Source of the DNA: Azolla caroliniana
Taxonomy: Eukaryota > Plantae > Polypodiophyta
Direction of reading: 5' to 3'
Length of the DNA: 64,000 nucleotides
NCBI GenBank assembly: GCA_043228905.1
Contig: JBHGNT010000004.1
Span: 20,460,001-20,524,000, forward strand
How positions within the stretch are numbered: position 1 is the first letter of the stretch; every line of letters begins with the position of its first letter. The notes under the pieces are model-generated. The model saw only the letters and a program-made list of their open reading frames with translations, was not told the DNA's origin and made no database searches. Made by a program: the position numbers and the translations under genes. This document shows positions 1-12,964 of the stretch, one piece after another.

Positions 1-1
1 C

Positions 2-1027
2 TCTGGTCCTCCTCAATATGGAGGTTTCCCTCAACGTGCTCCAGCTCCTAGTCCTTCACAACAGACTACCTCCCAAGGTTATTACAACCAACCACCTGTA
101 ACAAGTCCCTCAGGTGCCAACTCTGGTTTCAATCAACATCAAGGGGGTTATGGTGTACAAGCTCCCTATGGTCAACAACAGCAACAAGGGTATGGACAAC
201 CACCGCCTATGACCCAAAGTCCAGGTCAAGCCACTTCACAGCAACCATATACAAATGTATATGGTCAGCCTCAACAGTCATATAGCCAAGGCTATGGACA
301 GCCGTCTTCTGCTTATACGCACCAAAGCTTTTCAGCACCCAGTGTCCCTCAATCACAATCATCTACTGAACAAGGTGCTATTTCTGCACAGACTGGCTAT
401 GGAGCTCCTGGATCAGTGCCTAATCAAGAAACTGCTAAACAACCAGGTTTTAATCAATATGGCCAAACGAGTCAACAAGTTGGGTATGGTCAACATCAAC
501 TCACAAGCTATAACCAACAAGAATCTGCTCCAACCTATGGACAAGGGGGTTCCTTTCAACCAGGGTATCCACCTCAAGAGGATTCAACTGGATCTGGTGG
601 TTCTTCTCAAGGTGGTTATGGACAACTTCAATCTGGATATAATACTCAAGGATATGGCACTCACGGGTCGTTGCCAACTAATTATGGACAACCAAGTAGT
701 TATGGCCAACAACCTTCTAGCTATGGAGCTTCACAACCAGGATCAAGTACATTATATGGTAGTCAAGGGTCTATACAACCCCCACCAAACTATGCTATTC
801 AAGGGTCTATTCCTACACCACAATCTGGTTATGCTCACCCTAGCTCAGCCCAACAAGGCTATGGAAACTCGACAAGCTATGGAAACTCTTTTGATGACCA
901 TTCTCAAGGCGCTGCGCAGCATGTATACAATCAAGGTGAGGGGAAAGGTGGTGTTAGTAGTGGTGGTTTGGATTCAAGTAATGTGTCTGTTGCATCTGGT
1001 GTTGTCTCATCCACTACAGAGAGCTGA
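2..1027 (+). CDS. 3' part of a Q/G/Y/S/P-rich low-complexity protein (possibly the C-terminal region of a KH-domain FUBP-like RNA-binding protein); 5' end outside the window
   Basis: Frame is open from base 2 (SGPPQYGGFPQRAP...) through ORF 209-1027 to TGA. It has many YGQ/QQGY motifs and is followed by a T-rich 3'UTR-like stretch. The family is inferred from composition only. Confidence 0.75.
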   Translation, partial: SGPPQYGGFPQRAPAPSPSQQTTSQGYYNQPPVTSPSGANSGFNQHQGGYGVQAPYGQQQQQGYGQPPPMTQSPGQATSQQPYTNVYGQPQQSYSQGYGQPSSAYTHQSFSAPSVPQSQSSTEQGAISAQTGYGAPGSVPNQETAKQPGFNQYGQTSQQVGYGQHQLTSYNQQESAPTYGQGGSFQPGYPPQEDSTGSGGSSQGGYGQLQSGYNTQGYGTHGSLPTNYGQPSSYGQQPSSYGASQPGSSTLYGSQGSIQPPPNYAIQGSIPTPQSGYAHPSSAQQGYGNSTSYGNSFDDHSQGAAQHVYNQGEGKGGVSSGGLDSSNVSVASGVVSSTTES

Positions 1028-2199
1028 AATCGAGTAGAGAAAACTTTTGGTTGCAATTTGGTGGAGTGTCATCCTCTGCAGAGAGTTGAATGAAACTTGA
1101 ACCTATGAGGTATTAATGTTTATTTAATCATGGAGATTGTGTTTTTGTTTATCTAAGACTTTGCTTCCATTGTGGAAGAGGTCAGTACTTTTTGTTGTTT
1201 CTTTTTCACTGCAAATGTTATGTTTCCCGCTCTTGTTCCAGTTTGTTTTTAAGTGACTATCTGAGTAATGACAATCACAAAACTAAATTAGACTATTACT
1301 CAAATTTCAAACAGCTTCTTTTCAGCTCGCTGCATTGCAAAAGTGTCCCCATTTATTAAATGGTATGAGAGTAATGATCTAGACAATTTCGAGACTAGTC
1401 TCGACAATTTTCTTGGAATGGAAATGACCTGAAAGCTATGCCACCACCATGCATGCATATGCAAACCCAGCATTCTGTTAAGCAGCCCCTTTTTATGAAA
1501 AGAAGAAATTATTGGCATGAAACTTTGTTTTTTGTGATGTTACAGATAAATTAATGTTACAGAATAAAAATGGGAGGTTGATAACTGGATTTTCTCTTCA
1601 TATTATCCGTCCACACATCATACGTTCATAAATCTACATATATAAAATATATATACATTGATTCATATTTTTGGGCAGTTTAAATTTAATCCAATAGGTG
1701 TATTTATTGCAAAACGGTTTGTTATGCTAAGATAAATGATATCTTTCTTTTTTAATATTGAGATCACTTCATGCAACCAAAATTTTATGAAAGTCATTGA
1801 TGAAACCGACCATTTACAAAAGCAAAGGTTCGGAATGGGGGTGCAGCATGTGTTTGCTAACAAGTTCCAATGATGAACGCTGTATAGTCCTTAAGAATCT
1901 GGCCACCCTGTGGATGGTTTCTTCTTTCTCTTTGATGTGTATATCCAATTATATATATTTTCTTATGTTTTCATATCCTCATAAATGGTTCAGTTAAACA
2001 TAAAATTCATCAACACATAGTTGCCAATCAAGTGATAGTAAAAAATATAAGGTTATCATGTGTAGAACTTTGGACTGGTTGAGCCAACTGTTACAGCAAT
2101 GTCACTATGCTTATGTGATGATATTGATCTAGACACTAAATTTTGTTTTGTTGGAAATTAGTTTCCATCATTTTATAAAGTTGCTTTATCTAACTATCA

Positions 2200-2650
2200 A
2201 ATTTTGCGAAGTGTCAATTAACCAAGCTTGATCATGCTATTCAAATTGGCTAAGTTTTTTGTCATGTGTTGTGTCCTTGCAATGTTATTGAGGGTATGTC
2301 AGTTGATAGCATTCTTCTAACATTTCTTAATGATTCTATATTATCACCATCTTCTTTTTTAAATGTTTGTACCAACCCAAATTGAGATGTTTGGAGTCAA
2401 TGCAATCTCAATTTCCCATTCCTCTTCAATGCAAACCACATACTCCAACACCATGTTGGATACTCCCCCACATCAAATCTCAAAGCAGGTTATTGAATCA
2501 TGTCCGTTACACTTAGACCACAATCCATAATTGTTCACTCATTTCATTATTTTCTATCGTCTCATTCCACCAACTTTTTCCAAATAGCTAATGTGTCATG
2601 TTCAAGCTATTTTATTTTTCCTTGATATTTATCTTCAATTGGAGGATAAG
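2200..2650 (-). pseudogene. Highly decayed non-LTR retrotransposon fragment
   Basis: Minus strand gives a weak (H/Y)GVGVCG...W.IE-like match to the LYGxEVWG region of the neighbouring LINE; many stops. Confidence 0.25.
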
Positions 2651-2818
2651 AAATATATATACATTCATATAGGCATGGATCTACCTTTACAATAAGGATA
2701 TAGATAGATAGATAGATTTTTAATTTCCACGAGAGACTAGTTATGATAAGGCTAGCCCATGGTTAGGAATAAACTTGGGTTCTCTCAATTTTATGACTTT
2801 GATGTTGTGTAAACTGCT

Positions 2819-4420
2819 AGAGAGAGAGAGAGAGAGAGATACATTAACGTCTTCTAAGGCCAAAATTGGCCCATGAGACAATTGGTGTACAACAAAATGG
2901 GGTATTTATCCAATCAGTTCTAGTATTGTACAAAACGTGGTATGGTGTAACATATTCGATAAAGGAAATGACTTTTTGAAAGAGAGAAAGAAAGATATAT
3001 TAACGTCTTCTAAGGTCAAAATTGGCCCATGAGACAAATGGTTTACAACAAAAATGGGATATTTACCCATTCATCGAAAGTAAAACATAAAAATAAAAAT
3101 AGAGTTTTAAGCTAAATAGTTCTAGTAAAATAACAAACATGTTCTACAATGAAAATGATGTTATACTAGGCCTAATTTCATTTCCATCCAAGTCTCTCGA
3201 AGAGAAGCGGGAGGTCAAAGGGTTTCAATGTGGATGTGGCCTGTGGCCCCAATGTAAAAGGTACCCCAACCATAGCTTCTAGTTGACGTAGCTCACGTTC
3301 CCTTGTCTTCTTAATCCTTTCTACTCTGTGTCGACTTGTTTTGAAGCCCAACATTCGAAGGCGTTTGGTTGTTCTTTGCATTTCGGCTTCCTCAAGAGAG
3401 AGGCCGAGCGGCGTAAGTGTATCCACATTCATCGTCTCTCCCTTTTCCTGGAAAATGACACTAGTTACAAGTTGATGAATAGGAAAAGGGTTATGGTTAA
3501 CACTTTGTAATTTATTCTCCCTATGTTGTTTTAGCTCTAAGATATACATACCTAGTCTCTTTACATCCAGGGTATCTAATAGTTTGGAGAATGTCTTGGT
3601 ATTCCACTCGTATCTCATCATAAGTTGGGCACTTGCATGTGAAGTGATACTCATCCTCTATCTCTATGTGGCACAACCTACATAGACTTTCCTCTCTAGG
3701 GACTCTATTAGCCCGACCATTTCCAATCTCAAGTTGGTGAGATGATACCCTAAGTCATCCAAAGGCCACCCTTAGTGCATTTGATAAGAATGCATCTAGA
3801 TATCCTTGTCGTGTAATAAAACCTAACTGATAGAAGTGCAAGAAGTGTTCCTTATAGTACAACATTTTAGATGGGAGTGGCTCTCGTTGGGTGATCCATT
3901 TATATCGAGTGTAAATTTGCCATATTTCTTGGCGTATCACTTTATTACGGTCTTCATGAGATATTAGAGTTTGATCAGTCCCATGGTTGTACTTAACGGG
4001 GGGTAGGTTTTTAATGTCTATGATGTTTGCAAGTAACCAGCTCACCACAATGCTATACCAAGAGCTAGTGTCTCCAAACACATGTCGGGATCGGGATGCC
4101 TCGAAGGCTCGATGGGATATCCTATCTTGTGGTTGGCTATGTATCCGATGAATAAAAACTACCACTTGAAACAATGCTTCTACTAACATCGGGGGCAGAC
4201 TGAACTCTGCTCTAATAATGTCATGTGATACTGTCGATTTGCTTCGAAGTTGACATGATAACATCGTCACCAAAGGTCTCTCTAATTGCGTCCACATGAA
4301 AGATGGTAGACCTGGAGCCCATACTATTGATGCATACATGAGGGAAGTGGTCACTAATGAGTCGAAGAGCCATCCCTTAGTCTGTGGTTCTTGAAAGTAT
4401 GCCTGGTGGCATTGTCTCTC

Positions 4421-4422
<2 letters not shown>
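2819..4422 (-). mobile_element. 5'-truncated LINE (post-RT C-terminal region) bounded by (CT/AG)n, with a duplicated 3' end
   Basis: Minus strand reads ERQCHQAYFQEPQTKGWLFDSLVTTSLMYASIVW...HDIIRAEF (ORFs 3755-4354, 3178-3654), typical of post-RT LINE regions. The 3' terminus (gata(t/c)attaacgtcttctaagg...) occurs at ~2838 and ~2994, each next to an AG-rich run. The 5' end abuts (AG)n at 4423-4465. Confidence 0.65.

Positions 4423-4465
<43 letters not shown>
4423..4465. repeat. (AG)n microsatellite
   Basis: Direct reading. Confidence 0.95.
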
Positions 4466-4469
<4 letters not shown>

Positions 4470-4529
4470 GTTCTAAAGTAAGCATATGATAAAGGATATA
4501 ATACATATAAAATAAGAAAGGAGAGAGAG

Positions 4530-5996
4530 AAAGAAGGGTTTAGGAAGAGCGAGACGATAGGCTGATGAACCAATGCGTTTGAGGACTGTAAAAGGTTCAC
4601 AAAATCGTGGGGCTAACTTAGCGCACTTACACATAGACAATATCTTAAAATTGTGAGGTACACATAAAAATACATTATGTCCAGGGTTGAATACACGAGG
4701 TTGCTTATTATGATCAACATAAAAATGCGCTCTAGCTTGAGCTGTTTTTATATGATCTCGTGCAATATGCAAAATATCTTGCATATCCTGAAGAAAGTTT
4801 TGCGTACTTCACAACTCATCATGATGTATATTAACATCAATTGGGGCTCGTGGCTAAAAACCATACATCAACATAAAACCATTGAAGGCATTCGTAATGG
4901 CGTAACCATGTGATGGGCCGTGTGGGCCTACTACGAAAAGAGGGCTCATTTGGCTTGACCATTAGGTTGCACTTTGGCGTATGCCATTGTAATTATGAGA
5001 CTTGAGGTTGGTAACGTACCATCATAGTTTTGTAGTAAACGAGGGGGAAATAAGGACTCTTGATATATATGTTTTCATTTAATATATATATATATGGGCA
5101 AATGGTGGTGGCATAACATGTTGATGTATGGTTTTCAATATCTATACGATGGTCCATATTACGTTTAGGAGGTAACCCATGTGGTAGTTCACTTGAAAAA
5201 AACATCAAAAAAATCATTTAAGATTTTATTGAGTTGTTGTTGTTCAAAATATGATAATTGACTCGAGCCATTATCGATATTATAAACGTGAATGTTTCGG
5301 ATCAAGTACACAATAAAATAAAGAAGAACAAGACAACTCGGATATTGATGGAGAGGAAACAATTAAAAGAGATTGTTTATTTACACATTGAATAAAATGA
5401 GTACAATCGTTCAGTACAAAGGTAATGGAATGGTGAACCCAATCAATAGATAAAGAAGAATTTTTATTAAAAAACCAGGGATAACCTAGTATTACATCAA
5501 TAGTATAAAGATTCATAATTTACATGGAAGTCTACTTCCTCTATATAAGTATCAATAGAAATTCCTAATGAATGAATCGCCCCTTTAATGTATTGTACTC
5601 TTCCATAAGCTAAGTGCATGTTATAGGTGTGATCACTTACGGTGGGTTGGACTCCCCATATCTGAACCAAACGATCATTCACAAAGTTGTGTGATCTTCC
5701 CGAATCAAATAAAAATTATACATGAGATCCATTGAGATACCCGTTTGCACGTAGTAAATCATTGGGTCCCAATACATAATGAGGGAAAGAACATTTACAA
5801 TTACTTAAATGATGTGTTTAGACATCAAGGACATTAGGAATCTAACCTTTATGGTCTGCAACTTTGCTTTTGTCGTCGTGCTCTTTCCGTTGGATCTTAA
5901 CATTGCTCTTTTGTATGACCCTTCTTTTTTAAGAATTCGCAAAAAGGATGTTGTCGCTTACAATTGTGATCCATGAATTCGTTGGGTGTCTTGTGT
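4530..5996 (-). mobile_element. Old, internally deleted Ty3/Gypsy (chromovirus/Tf2-like) relic, continuing after 12965
   Basis: Protease FDSGRSHNFV...DVILGYPW, RT N-terminus ELPHGLPPKRNMDHRIDI and integrase C-terminus KLAPRFCEPFTVLKRIGSSAYRLALP are present. The RT/RH core is missing. Gag-like sequence appears to rejoin across the 5997-12964 insertion. Confidence 0.75.
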
Positions 5997-6643
5997 TGTC
6001 GTAGTGTATTCCGTACACTAAGTGAAAAACGTATATAGTGCTAGATTCCATAAATATGAAGATATAGAAGAAAATATAAATATATATATTACATGCATAG
6101 GGCAAGATTCAAACCTTGTACCTCCATCTATATAATGTAAAGTCTTACCTTTACACTAACATATCATAAGTGTTAAAAAGTAGATATCCCACATAGAAAG
6201 GTTATTTCACATATATTTTCTAGATAAAAAAGTTATAGTTAGATAAAAAACGTATGATCACTTTTAGGAAAAGCATGTTAGAGAAAACGTATAGTCTATC
6301 GACAGAAAAAACATGGAGTCTATAATTAGAGAAAAAGCATGGATTGTAAAGACTCTCTCATCATTATATAAGGAAGAGAGAAAGATGTATATGGGGTGTT
6401 CATACATTATATTCGTGGGGATTTCACGATTTTTCCATCTATTTCTCTCTTACAATCTAAATTCATATTCTTTCCTAAAACATTAATTAATACGTTATAC
6501 TCGTGGGATTCATGAGTTTCATATCTTCCTTTCTTACAACCTATTCATAACTAGACTTATCTCGTATTCTTCCTCTCCTAGTTCAAAACCCCAGCGGTTC
6601 CCACCCAACACACGCAAATGATCCGGCGCAGAAAGGCACGACA
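5997..6643 (+). repeat. G1 5' LTR
   Basis: Near-identical direct repeat of 12292-12964. Confidence 0.95.
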
Positions 6644-6647
6644 CATT

Positions 6648-6667
6648 TGGTGAACCCGATGTGAATC
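6648..6667 (+). promoter_or_regulatory. Primer binding site, tRNA-Trp
   Basis: TGGTGAACCCGATGTGAATC is complementary, with one C>T, to the 3' end of plant cytosolic tRNA-Trp (...GATTCACGTCGGGTTCACCA, recalled from memory). Confidence 0.85.
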
Positions 6668-8706
6668 ACGAGTGGCAAGGAGATGGAAAATCAACAAGAG
6701 GCTAACAATATGATGACAATGTTCAAGCGAATGCTACAAGAACAACGCGCGATGTCGGAGATTGCAGCGACGGCAATGCAGCTCATGCAACAGAATGGGC
6801 AATTCAACGGGAAGGATGTGTCACGTTATTTGCGGGACTACAAGACAGAGATGCTATGGTGCGGAATATCGGAAGGATTGCAAGTGACATCCTTCAATCT
6901 AGTGGCTACGGACGGGCTTCAAGGGTGTATTCATGGGTTACGACAACAAAATCCGACGTGGGAAGCGTTTGAAGAAGCGCTGAAGATCACGTTCGCTATT
7001 GAGGACTCTTCCAAGGCAACGCGGAGGGGATTCGAAGATTGGGTGTCGGACAAGGGGCTGAAGATCCTCGATGTGTTTTCAGCATTCGAAAGTCGATTCG
7101 AGAGGTTGTCCATTAGAGATCAAGCTATACTCACACCAGACAAAGTGATCATGTTCTTACGAACTGTGGACGTCTGAGACCGGAAAGACCTTGGAGTGCT
7201 TCTAGAGGACACGACTACTAAGAGTGCCCTCACCAATACATGGACAAACATGTGGGACATCATCGCGCGATACACAAAAAGGGGGCAATGGCTTGCTAAT
7301 GATGAAAAGAGGATTTCATAACTGATTCCGAAACCAAGATTCGAATTGGAAGACTATCAACCATGGGTTCGGGAGACTACGACTGAGAAGGGAATCGATG
7401 CAACCACGGTGGAGCAGTTGCTAAAGGAGATGGAGAATCTGAAAATAGCAGTGGTGAAGAAGTCGGAAGAGTGTCCCACAAGTTCCAAGTATATGGACCG
7501 TTGGTGCATATGGTGCAATAGCATTGAACATGATCGGAAGGATTGCGAAGAGCACAAGGAGGTGTTACGACAAGATCTTATCTATTACGAGGGAAATCAG
7601 ATTCATTTGATGGACTCTAGGAAGCCACTTTGATCGAACTTCCGAAAAGGCGGCATGAAGAAGGTCCTAAAGGAGGAGATAGTGGCGAAAAGCAATTATG
7701 CGACAACCGCAGGAATACGTGTGGGGGAGTCATCTGGAGCAAAGGCATCTTTTTGGCAAGAAGTGCTAGAAATCTCGGAGAAAGCCGACTTTGATAAAAT
7801 CCGGAGTACAACGGAAGGTATCCGGGAAGCTACGGGATGGAGTGCCCCGTAGATAAGAATAGCATACATGTGTTATGCAATTGCATGAGGTGTATGTTGA
7901 TGAGAAACGCCAACGCACAGATGATGCGGCCGAGCCATCAAAGACGCCGGAAAGCTGGAACTCCGAAGGGAAGGGGAAAGGGAAAACAATTCCGGCATTC
8001 AAATTGGCTTCGGACATCGAACAACGGACTGACCTAAAGAAGGTGTTTGAAGAGAGAATCCTTGATAGTCAACTGGAATTTTCTCTCCGGGAATTACTCG
8101 GAATAGCGAAGAAGGAGTTCCATGATCTTCTTGTGGATCTCGTAAAAAGAAAGAGACAAACTATGGAGGAAAATGCTCCAAGGGTGAATGCGAATACCCT
8201 TCTAATGAACGACACAGAAATGGAGGATGAAATTCCGAACTCCCACTACACAAGGCCACATTGGGCTCAAGCAACTACGGAGACTCCAGTCCGAATCGGA
8301 AACATCAAAGAGTTCGTCCTAGCATTGATTGATCACGGGTCAGAGATCAATTTGATGTCCAAGAGTTCTACCGGAAGGGGAAGTGGCCTATAATCACCAG
8401 CCATGGATGGAAGATCCGGGTAGCCACAAAAGCCATTGAAGATCTATTTGCGCATTGTCCGGATGTGATAGTGAAGATTGGAGATGTGGAGATTGACCAA
8501 AATTTCTTCATGCAAGATGAGATTTCACATTTCATGATCCTCGGGCAACCCTTTATCATGGCTTCACGGATGGAAATGAAGTTGCTCGATAGTGGAGCCG
8601 CTTTTGCACGAATTCAGAGCCAAAGTGGAGGGAAAATTGTCCAATTCCTAATTGTGCCATCGAATCGCGGAAGGAACAAAAGAGAGCTCTTGTCCCAAAA
8701 AAAACC

Positions 8707-8770
8707 GGATTTTTAAAGCAGACTATTGCGGAGTGGGGAAGTGATATTCCGAGAAGCCCTAATACCCCAC
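8707..8770 (+). promoter_or_regulatory. Putative -1 ribosomal frameshift signal of G1
   Basis: G GAT TTT TAA ends the gag-protease ORF; pol is in the -1 frame; GTGGGG (8733-8738) and CCCCAC (8765-8770) can pair. Confidence 0.7.
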
Positions 8771-11700
8771 ACAGGAAGAAACCTCTCGGAGCGTAACAAG
8801 TGCGAACTAGTCTGGATGGGGCATCTACGTACATGGTCGTGATTGGAGTAATGAGAAAAGAATTCTGGAAGATGCAGGATGAGCTATGATCAATATCAAT
8901 CATAAAAGAAGACGAAGAAATCACGAGAGTAATTGAAGAAGTGTTCTATGGAAGCACATTGCAAAGGCTTGAAGAGCTTGAAGAAGAGAATCACCATGAA
9001 GACCGGGTAGTTTCGGTGGAATCGGTCGAGATGTACAAGATCATTGCGGAAATGGAGCCAGATGCACTCCGCAAAGAAGAAGCAATGATATGTACGAAAT
9101 ATAAGACCGTGGAAAAGAAGGTGAAACCATCGGCGGGACCGTTACCCGCCAATAGTGAACAAAAGATGAAAGAAGTCTCGGAAGATGCGACACTTCGGAA
9201 GTCCATGGATATTGGACATACATTTACCGATGAGACCCGAAAGAAACTCCAGATTGGTGGAGGGGGGTTCCTCTTAATGAATGAAGAAGAACGATTTCGT
9301 GAGATGTTGGAGCAACATGGAAAAATATTCGCATTCACACCAAAAGAGATAGGGTGTGTTGATCCAAAGATAGTGAAGCCGATGGTGATCTTCACGATTG
9401 ATCATGTGCCATGGAACTTGAAGCCGATTCCGGTGCCACGGGCGCATATTCTGAAAATCATTGAATTGCTCAAGGAAAAGGTGGTGATGGGGATTCTAGA
9501 GCCATCAAATGCTCCATACTCAAATCGATGGTTTACGGTTCCTAAGAAGAATGGGTCACTCCGATTCTTTCAAGATTTGCAATCGGTGAATAGGGTCACG
9601 ATCCGGAACTCCGGAGTTAGTTCGATAGTGGATGAATTTGCAGAAGCACTTGTCGGACGTGTGATATAGTCTATCGGAGACCTATACTCCAGATATGACC
9701 AATTCCAATTAGCTATGGATAGCCGAGACATTACTACAATGTGAACACCGATTGGATTAGTTTGGATGTGCACGCTACGACCAGGAGCGACAAACTCGGT
9801 TGGACATATGATGAATGCAATGAACAAGGTGCTCTGGGACTGCATTCCGGAGATAACAATGCCGTTCCTAAATAACATTCCGATGAAAGGGTGTGCTATG
9901 GAAGAAAAAGATGAGACTATGGATGATCGAGGATGCCACAAGTTCGTAGTTGACCATATTCACGATTGCGAGAAAGTGCTACGGAAGTTAGAAGATGTGC
10001 ACCTAACACTCTCCGGAGAGAAATCGGCATTCAGACAAGAAGAGATATTGGTAGTCAAACATCTATGTGGGCCCGAAAGCCGAAGATTGTCGCCAATCAA
10101 GATTGATGCGATTCAAGATATGAAAGAAATCTGCAAGTCACAATCCGAAGTCCGTAGATTTATTGGTGCATGTGCATTTTATCATGTCATATGGATTCCA
10201 CACTATGCACACATTTGCGACCCACTCTATCACTTGTTGCGGAAGGATAAGAAGTTCGAATGGAGGCCGGAACATACCAAAGCCATGAACAAGCTCAAGA
10301 AAACACTACGGAGGGCAGAAGCACTAAAGAAGCCAAACTATGACCGACCGATCATAGTGACGGTTGATACAAGTCCAACAGGGATCGGCTGGGTCATCAA
10401 CCAAGTCAACTCGGATGGTTCACGATATCCGATTTTATTCGGAGCAAAAGTTCTCAACGAAAGGCAACGCAGATATGCACAAGTTAAAAGAGAATTATGG
10501 GGAGTCGTGTCGGCGAAAAAATCAAATCGAGATTATTTGATTGGAGCCGAAGTAGTGATTGAAACGGATTGTCTTCTGATACTCAGGATGATGCGGTGTT
10601 GTACGATACTGGATATGGCTAAGCTAAGATGGATTGCATATGTAAAGTCTCTTAATCCAGAGATGCGACACATATCCGGAAAAGACAACGCAGTAGCGCA
10701 AATATGCTATCAAGGGCACGGTTCGGAGATGACATAGCCGAATCCGATAATGAAGAAGTTTCCGAAAACTACTTTACTTGAGAGCACATATGCCGGCTGA
10801 ATGTAATCCGAGAATTTCAGGAAGTCGAATACAAGGGAGAAAGCCTGATGATCGGGAAGGTGCTTCAAGAAATCGAGGAATCATCGGACAATATGGAAAA
10901 GAGAGCCGAGATTCGAAATAAGAAACGGCAAGTTCAGAAGCTCTTCTTGAACAATGGATTAATCTGGAGGGAGCTGAAAAGACTGGATGGCATACCACTA
11001 CGGGTAGTCGGAACAAAAGAGCAACCAAATCGAATAATATCCGAATTTCACGAATCCGATTGGGCTGGACATCGTGGAACATGGGCAACATTTGCGAAGA
11101 TCAAGCAAAATAATTGGTGGAAGAATATGTACAAAGATGTAGCGGAGTTCATGGCAAGCTGCGAAAAATGCCAAATCTACTCTAGAGTTCGACACCGAGA
11201 TGAATTACATCCGGCATTCTCACCGACAATCAACTTCAAATGGATGGTCGACATTGAGGCCATGCCAACCGGGATTGGACAAAAGAAGTACTTGGTAGCT
11301 TGGGAAGATCTAATGAACCAAGTAGAAGGTCCGGAGAAAAAAATGTTCTACAGTATGCCAATTTCTCTTGGAAGAAGTGTTCTGCAAGTATGAGTGCGTA
11401 GGACAAGTGATTGCGGATCAGGGAGAACTTGACTCAGATAAAGCTAGGGAATTCTTCGCCAAACATGGAGTACAGTTAACATTAACCATGACATACAATC
11501 CGGAAGCCAATGGGAAGATTGAACGAGGACATAGTCCAATCATTAAAGCACTTGTAAAAGCATGTGATGGAAGGGTGAAGAATTGGATGCAGATGCTTCC
11601 GTATGCACTATGGGCAAATCGCACAATGCATAGTTCTGTGACCAATTATATGCCAACAGAACTTATGACCGACCAAGCACCGATAATGACGATGGAAACC

Positions 11701-12291
11701 GCAATTGCGACATGGACAGTGTTGTCGTGGAAGGAAGTGATGAGTCGGGAAGAACTACTAGTGGTTTGGATACGACAACTAGAGAGAAGACCCGAAGACA
11801 TAATAGAAGCAATAAACTGACAACAAGAAGCGCGGTTCCAGAACAAAAGTCGATTCGACACAAAGCACCGTCTACGACCACGGAAGATTGAAGAAGGAGA
11901 TTGGGTGATAGTCTATGACAGTAGTTTGGATCATCAACACACAACGATTTGGAAATTCATAGAAAGGTGGTTCGGACCATACGAAGTTCGGAAAGTTTTG
12001 GACAACGGAACCTACCAACTAAGTGAGTTCGATGGAACGGTACTACGGGTGCTTATTGCGGGGAAACAGGTGAAGATTTTCAAGAAGCGAACTAACAACA
12101 GACCTTATGTGACCTTAGGGCAGCGAGGAGCAATCAGACAAAGATCATGGTGGTGCAGAAAACGAAGAAAGTGGGCTGGAATTGATAATCGACATAAGGG
12201 GAGAAAATGAGGGTACTACGGATGAAGGAGAATAACGAGCTCCAACAACTTCGGCACATACCGGAGGATGTGCGGGTTCAAAGGGGCTGAG

Positions 12292-12964
12292 TGTTATAGT
12301 GTATTTCGTACACTAAGTGAAAAACGTATATAGTGCTAGATTCCATAAATATGAAGATATAGAAGAAAATATAAATATATATATTACATGCATAGGACAA
12401 GATTCAAACCTTGTACCTCCATCTATATAATGTAAAGTCTTACCCTTACACTAACATATCATAAGTGTTAAAAAGTAGATATCCCACATAGAAAGGTTAT
12501 TTCACATATATTTTCTAGATAAAAAAGTTATAGTTAGATAAAAAACGTATGATCACTTTTAGGAAAAGCATGTTCGAGAAAACGTATAGTCTATCGACAG
12601 AAAAAGCATGGAGTCTATAGTTAGAGAAAAAAGCATGGATTGTAAAGACTCTCTCATCACTATATAAGGAAGAGAGAAAGATGTATATGGAGTGTTGTGA
12701 ATTTTTTTGAAGGTTTTGATTAATATATTATATTCGTGGGGATTTCACGATTTTTCCATCTATTTCTCTCTTGCAATCTAAATTCATATTCTTTCCTAAA
12801 ACATTAATTAATACGTTATACTCGTGGGATTCATGAGTTTCATATCTTCCTTTCTTACAACCTATTCATAACTAGACTTATCTCGTATTCTTCCTCTCCT
12901 AGTTCAAAACCCCAGCGGTTCCCACCCAACTCACGCAAATGATCCGGCGCCGAAAGGTGCGACA
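12292..12964 (+). repeat. G1 3' LTR
   Basis: Direct repeat of the 5' LTR with an extra ~25-30 bp near 12700. Confidence 0.95.

Larger units (their letters stand above)
5997..12964 (+). mobile_element. Full-length decayed Ty3/Gypsy element G1 (non-chromoviral, tRNA-Trp primed)
   Basis: LTRs 5997-6643 and 12292-12964 (TGT...GACA), PBS 6648-6667, PPT aaaggggctgag. Domains: gag, CCHC-like CIWCNSIEHDRKDC, protease LIDHGSEIN, RT (PWNLKPIPVPRAH, SNRWFTVPKKNG), RH (VDTSPTGIG, ETDC), INT (GHRG...CEKC, NGKIERGH). Flanks GTGT/ACGT form a degenerate 4-bp TSD. Confidence 0.95.

Noticed and set aside
255-1037. 260-aa overlapping ORF in the +1 frame
   Set aside because: A likely by-product of biased CAA/GGT/TAT codons in the real frame; no recognisable motifs.
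1393-1408. 16-bp palindrome TCGAGACTAGTCTCGA
   Set aside because: Isolated, with no supporting context.
6648-6667. tRNA gene
   Set aside because: Only the 20-nt complement of a tRNA 3' end, which is a PBS.
7850-7880. Additional programmed frameshifts within gag (also ~19040 in G2)
   Set aside because: Each occurs in only one element, so they are treated as decay indels.
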